Sequence record: PV029745.1
Length of the DNA stretch: 64,000 nt
Strand: one strand, 5' to 3'
Shown: positions 62,385-64,000 of the stretch, one piece after another
Layout: every line of letters begins with the position of its first letter
Numbering within the stretch: position 1 is the stretch's first letter
Program-made: the position numbers and the translations under genes
Notes under the pieces: generated by a model
The model's input: the letters and a program-made list of their open reading frames with translations, nothing else
Databases searched by the model: none
What the model was told of the DNA's origin: nothing

Positions 62385-63218
62385 ATGCATCCTTTGGCAC
62401 AATCTTCTTTTGGTGTCCAAAATTCTCCGCAGAATCAGGTACGTATTGGCTGCACTATGTTAGCTGGTACGGACAAAAAAGGAATTCTTGCGCCGAATGC
62501 GGACGGTTATTATACTGTAGTTCTGGGTGCCTATGGTACACATAACTCTGCTGGTATGTTCTATGACGAAGCCAGTGGCGTTGCGATGTTTGATCCGAAC
62601 TCTTCCCTGATGCGTCGCCTTAAGAAAGGTGTTCTCTTCATGGAGTTCAAACACCCTGAACCGTTTACAGACCTGATGATTGATGGTCGTGTTGTTCGTC
62701 AACCGATGGATGATCGTCAATACCTGCAACGTATTCGTATGATCGACGATAACCGGGTTTGTGCACATATCCGTGCATTGACTATTGTTCCCGGTAAGAA
62801 TGAAAATGGTAAGACTGTTAAAATGGTCGTCGGTGAGGTTAAACCTTACGGTCCGTTTGGTCACATTTTTAAAGAGTCTTTGGATAACCCAAGTATCAAT
62901 ACCTATTGTTCCGTTCGTTCTATCACACAGGACGACGTAATGCGTGGTATTAAGTATACACGGGAAATCTCCACCTGGGACTTCGTCGGTGAGGGTGGTA
63001 TCTATATTGCTAACAAATATACCTCCCCTGCTTTGGAAAGTTTCTCTGATACCGAAGTTATCATCACACCTGCTACCCTTTGGAAGATGCAGGATGAAGC
63101 ACAGAAGCGTGCTAATATCGGTATGGAATCTGATCCTAATCTAGACGTTACTGATCTAATTCAACAACTAGGTTGGTCGCGTAAGAAGCCGATTCGTGTA
63201 CCTGCTTACATGCGATAA
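62385..63218 (+). CDS. prohead protease (phiKZ gp175-like)
   Basis: YYTVVLGAYG..N, EFKHP, RVCAHIR, VKPYGP, CSVRSIT, TWDFV.E.GI; C-terminal ALE/GME putative autocleavage sites. Confidence 0.8.
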   Translation: MHPLAQSSFGVQNSPQNQVRIGCTMLAGTDKKGILAPNADGYYTVVLGAYGTHNSAGMFYDEASGVAMFDPNSSLMRRLKKGVLFMEFKHPEPFTDLMIDGRVVRQPMDDRQYLQRIRMIDDNRVCAHIRALTIVPGKNENGKTVKMVVGEVKPYGPFGHIFKESLDNPSINTYCSVRSITQDDVMRGIKYTREISTWDFVGEGGIYIANKYTSPALESFSDTEVIITPATLWKMQDEAQKRANIGMESDPNLDVTDLIQQLGWSRKKPIRVPAYMR

Positions 63219-63236
63219 AAAAAAATGGAACATAAA

Positions 63237-63258
63237 GCCCTCTCCCGAAGGAGAGGGC
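63237..63258. terminator. bidirectional intrinsic terminator
   Basis: GCCCTCTCC-CGAA-GGAGAGGGC between convergent genes. Confidence 0.75.
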
Positions 63259-63267
63259 GATATGCCT

Positions 63268-63579
63268 TTATGCTACGAAGCCATAAGCTTCTTCATTAAC
63301 AGGTGGCCAACGGACTAACTGTGGTTTACCATTGATCTGTTCTTCTGTTACATCTTGACCGTCCAGGTAGACTGATCTCCCGAACACACCTTGGGTTATA
63401 AGTTCACGAGCTTTATTTAAAGCAAGTTTATACTTATCTACCGAATTATATGCGAGAGTATTACTCACATCATCCAGTGCTAAACCTTCAGGTGTAAGGT
63501 AATATTCCCGCCCTTCATCTACCGAGAAGATTCTTACTAATCTTCGGAAGTTCTCGTTAATGAAAGGCCATTTTTTCAT
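63268..63579 (-). CDS. hypothetical protein
   Basis: 103 aa; CTATATTAC promoter core at 63676-63684 upstream. Confidence 0.55.
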   Translation of the reverse strand: MKKWPFINENFRRLVRIFSVDEGREYYLTPEGLALDDVSNTLAYNSVDKYKLALNKARELITQGVFGRSVYLDGQDVTEEQINGKPQLVRWPPVNEEAYGFVA

Positions 63580-63746
63580 AGGTTTCTATCCCATGTGAAG
63601 AAAGTCTGAGTTTAACCGAATCAGACGTATCGCAAACTGGGTGAGATGTTCGAGCATCTCCCCCAATTCACGTTTGTAATATAGTTCTCAATTAAGTTAG
63701 ATTAAGACGGCATATTGCCCTCCCTTTTGGGGAGGGCTTTATGTCG

Positions 63747-64000
63747 CTATTGAATAGCAGCATCAGGATAGAACGACTTGATCAGCTCTATTGGGTTTTC
63801 CATCTTGTAGAACGGAGCTGTCAACATTGCTTCACGATGAGTTTCACTACTAAGAATCAATGTGGTCGCATCTTCAGAAGCGTGACTTAGGAAGTAAAGA
63901 TTCCACACGGGTTGACCCTGGCGCCGAGTAGTGAACCAATCTGGTTTGAGTTGATTAAGGATGCGTACTAAAGTAGCCATTTGGTCGGCGTAGTTAGGAC
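63747..64000 (-). CDS. C-terminal fragment of a gene entering from beyond the window
   Basis: Frame is open to the window edge (PNYADQMATLVRIL...); terminator follows. Confidence 0.55.
   Translation of the reverse strand, partial: PNYADQMATLVRILNQLKPDWFTTRRQGQPVWNLYFLSHASEDATTLILSSETHREAMLTAPFYKMENPIELIKSFYPDAAIQ

Overview
64 kb of a phiKZ-like (probably nucleus-forming, Chimalliviridae-type) jumbo phage genome. The assignment rests on the syntenic late block: thymidylate kinase, tail-tip protein, a ~2250-aa tape-measure/lytic transglycosylase, split virion RNA polymerase beta'/beta subunits, head proteins and the prohead protease. No chimallin gene lies in this window. Layout: 1-28.6 kb is a leftward accessory region; 28.7-37.4 kb is rightward (two disrupted virion-protein paralogs, an intein-containing SF2 helicase, a tail-fibre-like gene); 37.4-53.6 kb is leftward; 53.7-63.2 kb is rightward. 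The accessory region is rich in probable counter-defence functions: a NARP1-like NAD+ reconstitution pair (PRPP-synthetase-like plus Nampt-like) nested between two chemically orthogonal RNA ligases (Rnl5/DRB0094-type and RtcB) and an RlaP-type nucleotidyltransferase. It also carries a macro domain, an SspB-like ClpXP adaptor, a SLOG/DprA-like protein, a Cys phosphatase, NAD-dependent DNA ligase, thyA and dcd. Most notable observations: a Tad1-like sponge domain fused to an acidic propeptide with prohead-protease-type S-x-E sites (possibly capsid-packaged); a shared C-terminal VPAY[LM]R tag on the helicase and the protease; a class 3 intein in the helicase Walker A motif; a frameshifting 91-bp tandem duplication; two adjacent virion genes each broken by an in-frame TAA; and a candidate structured RNA at ~30.55-30.68 kb. 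All family calls come from motif recognition by eye; no database search was run.
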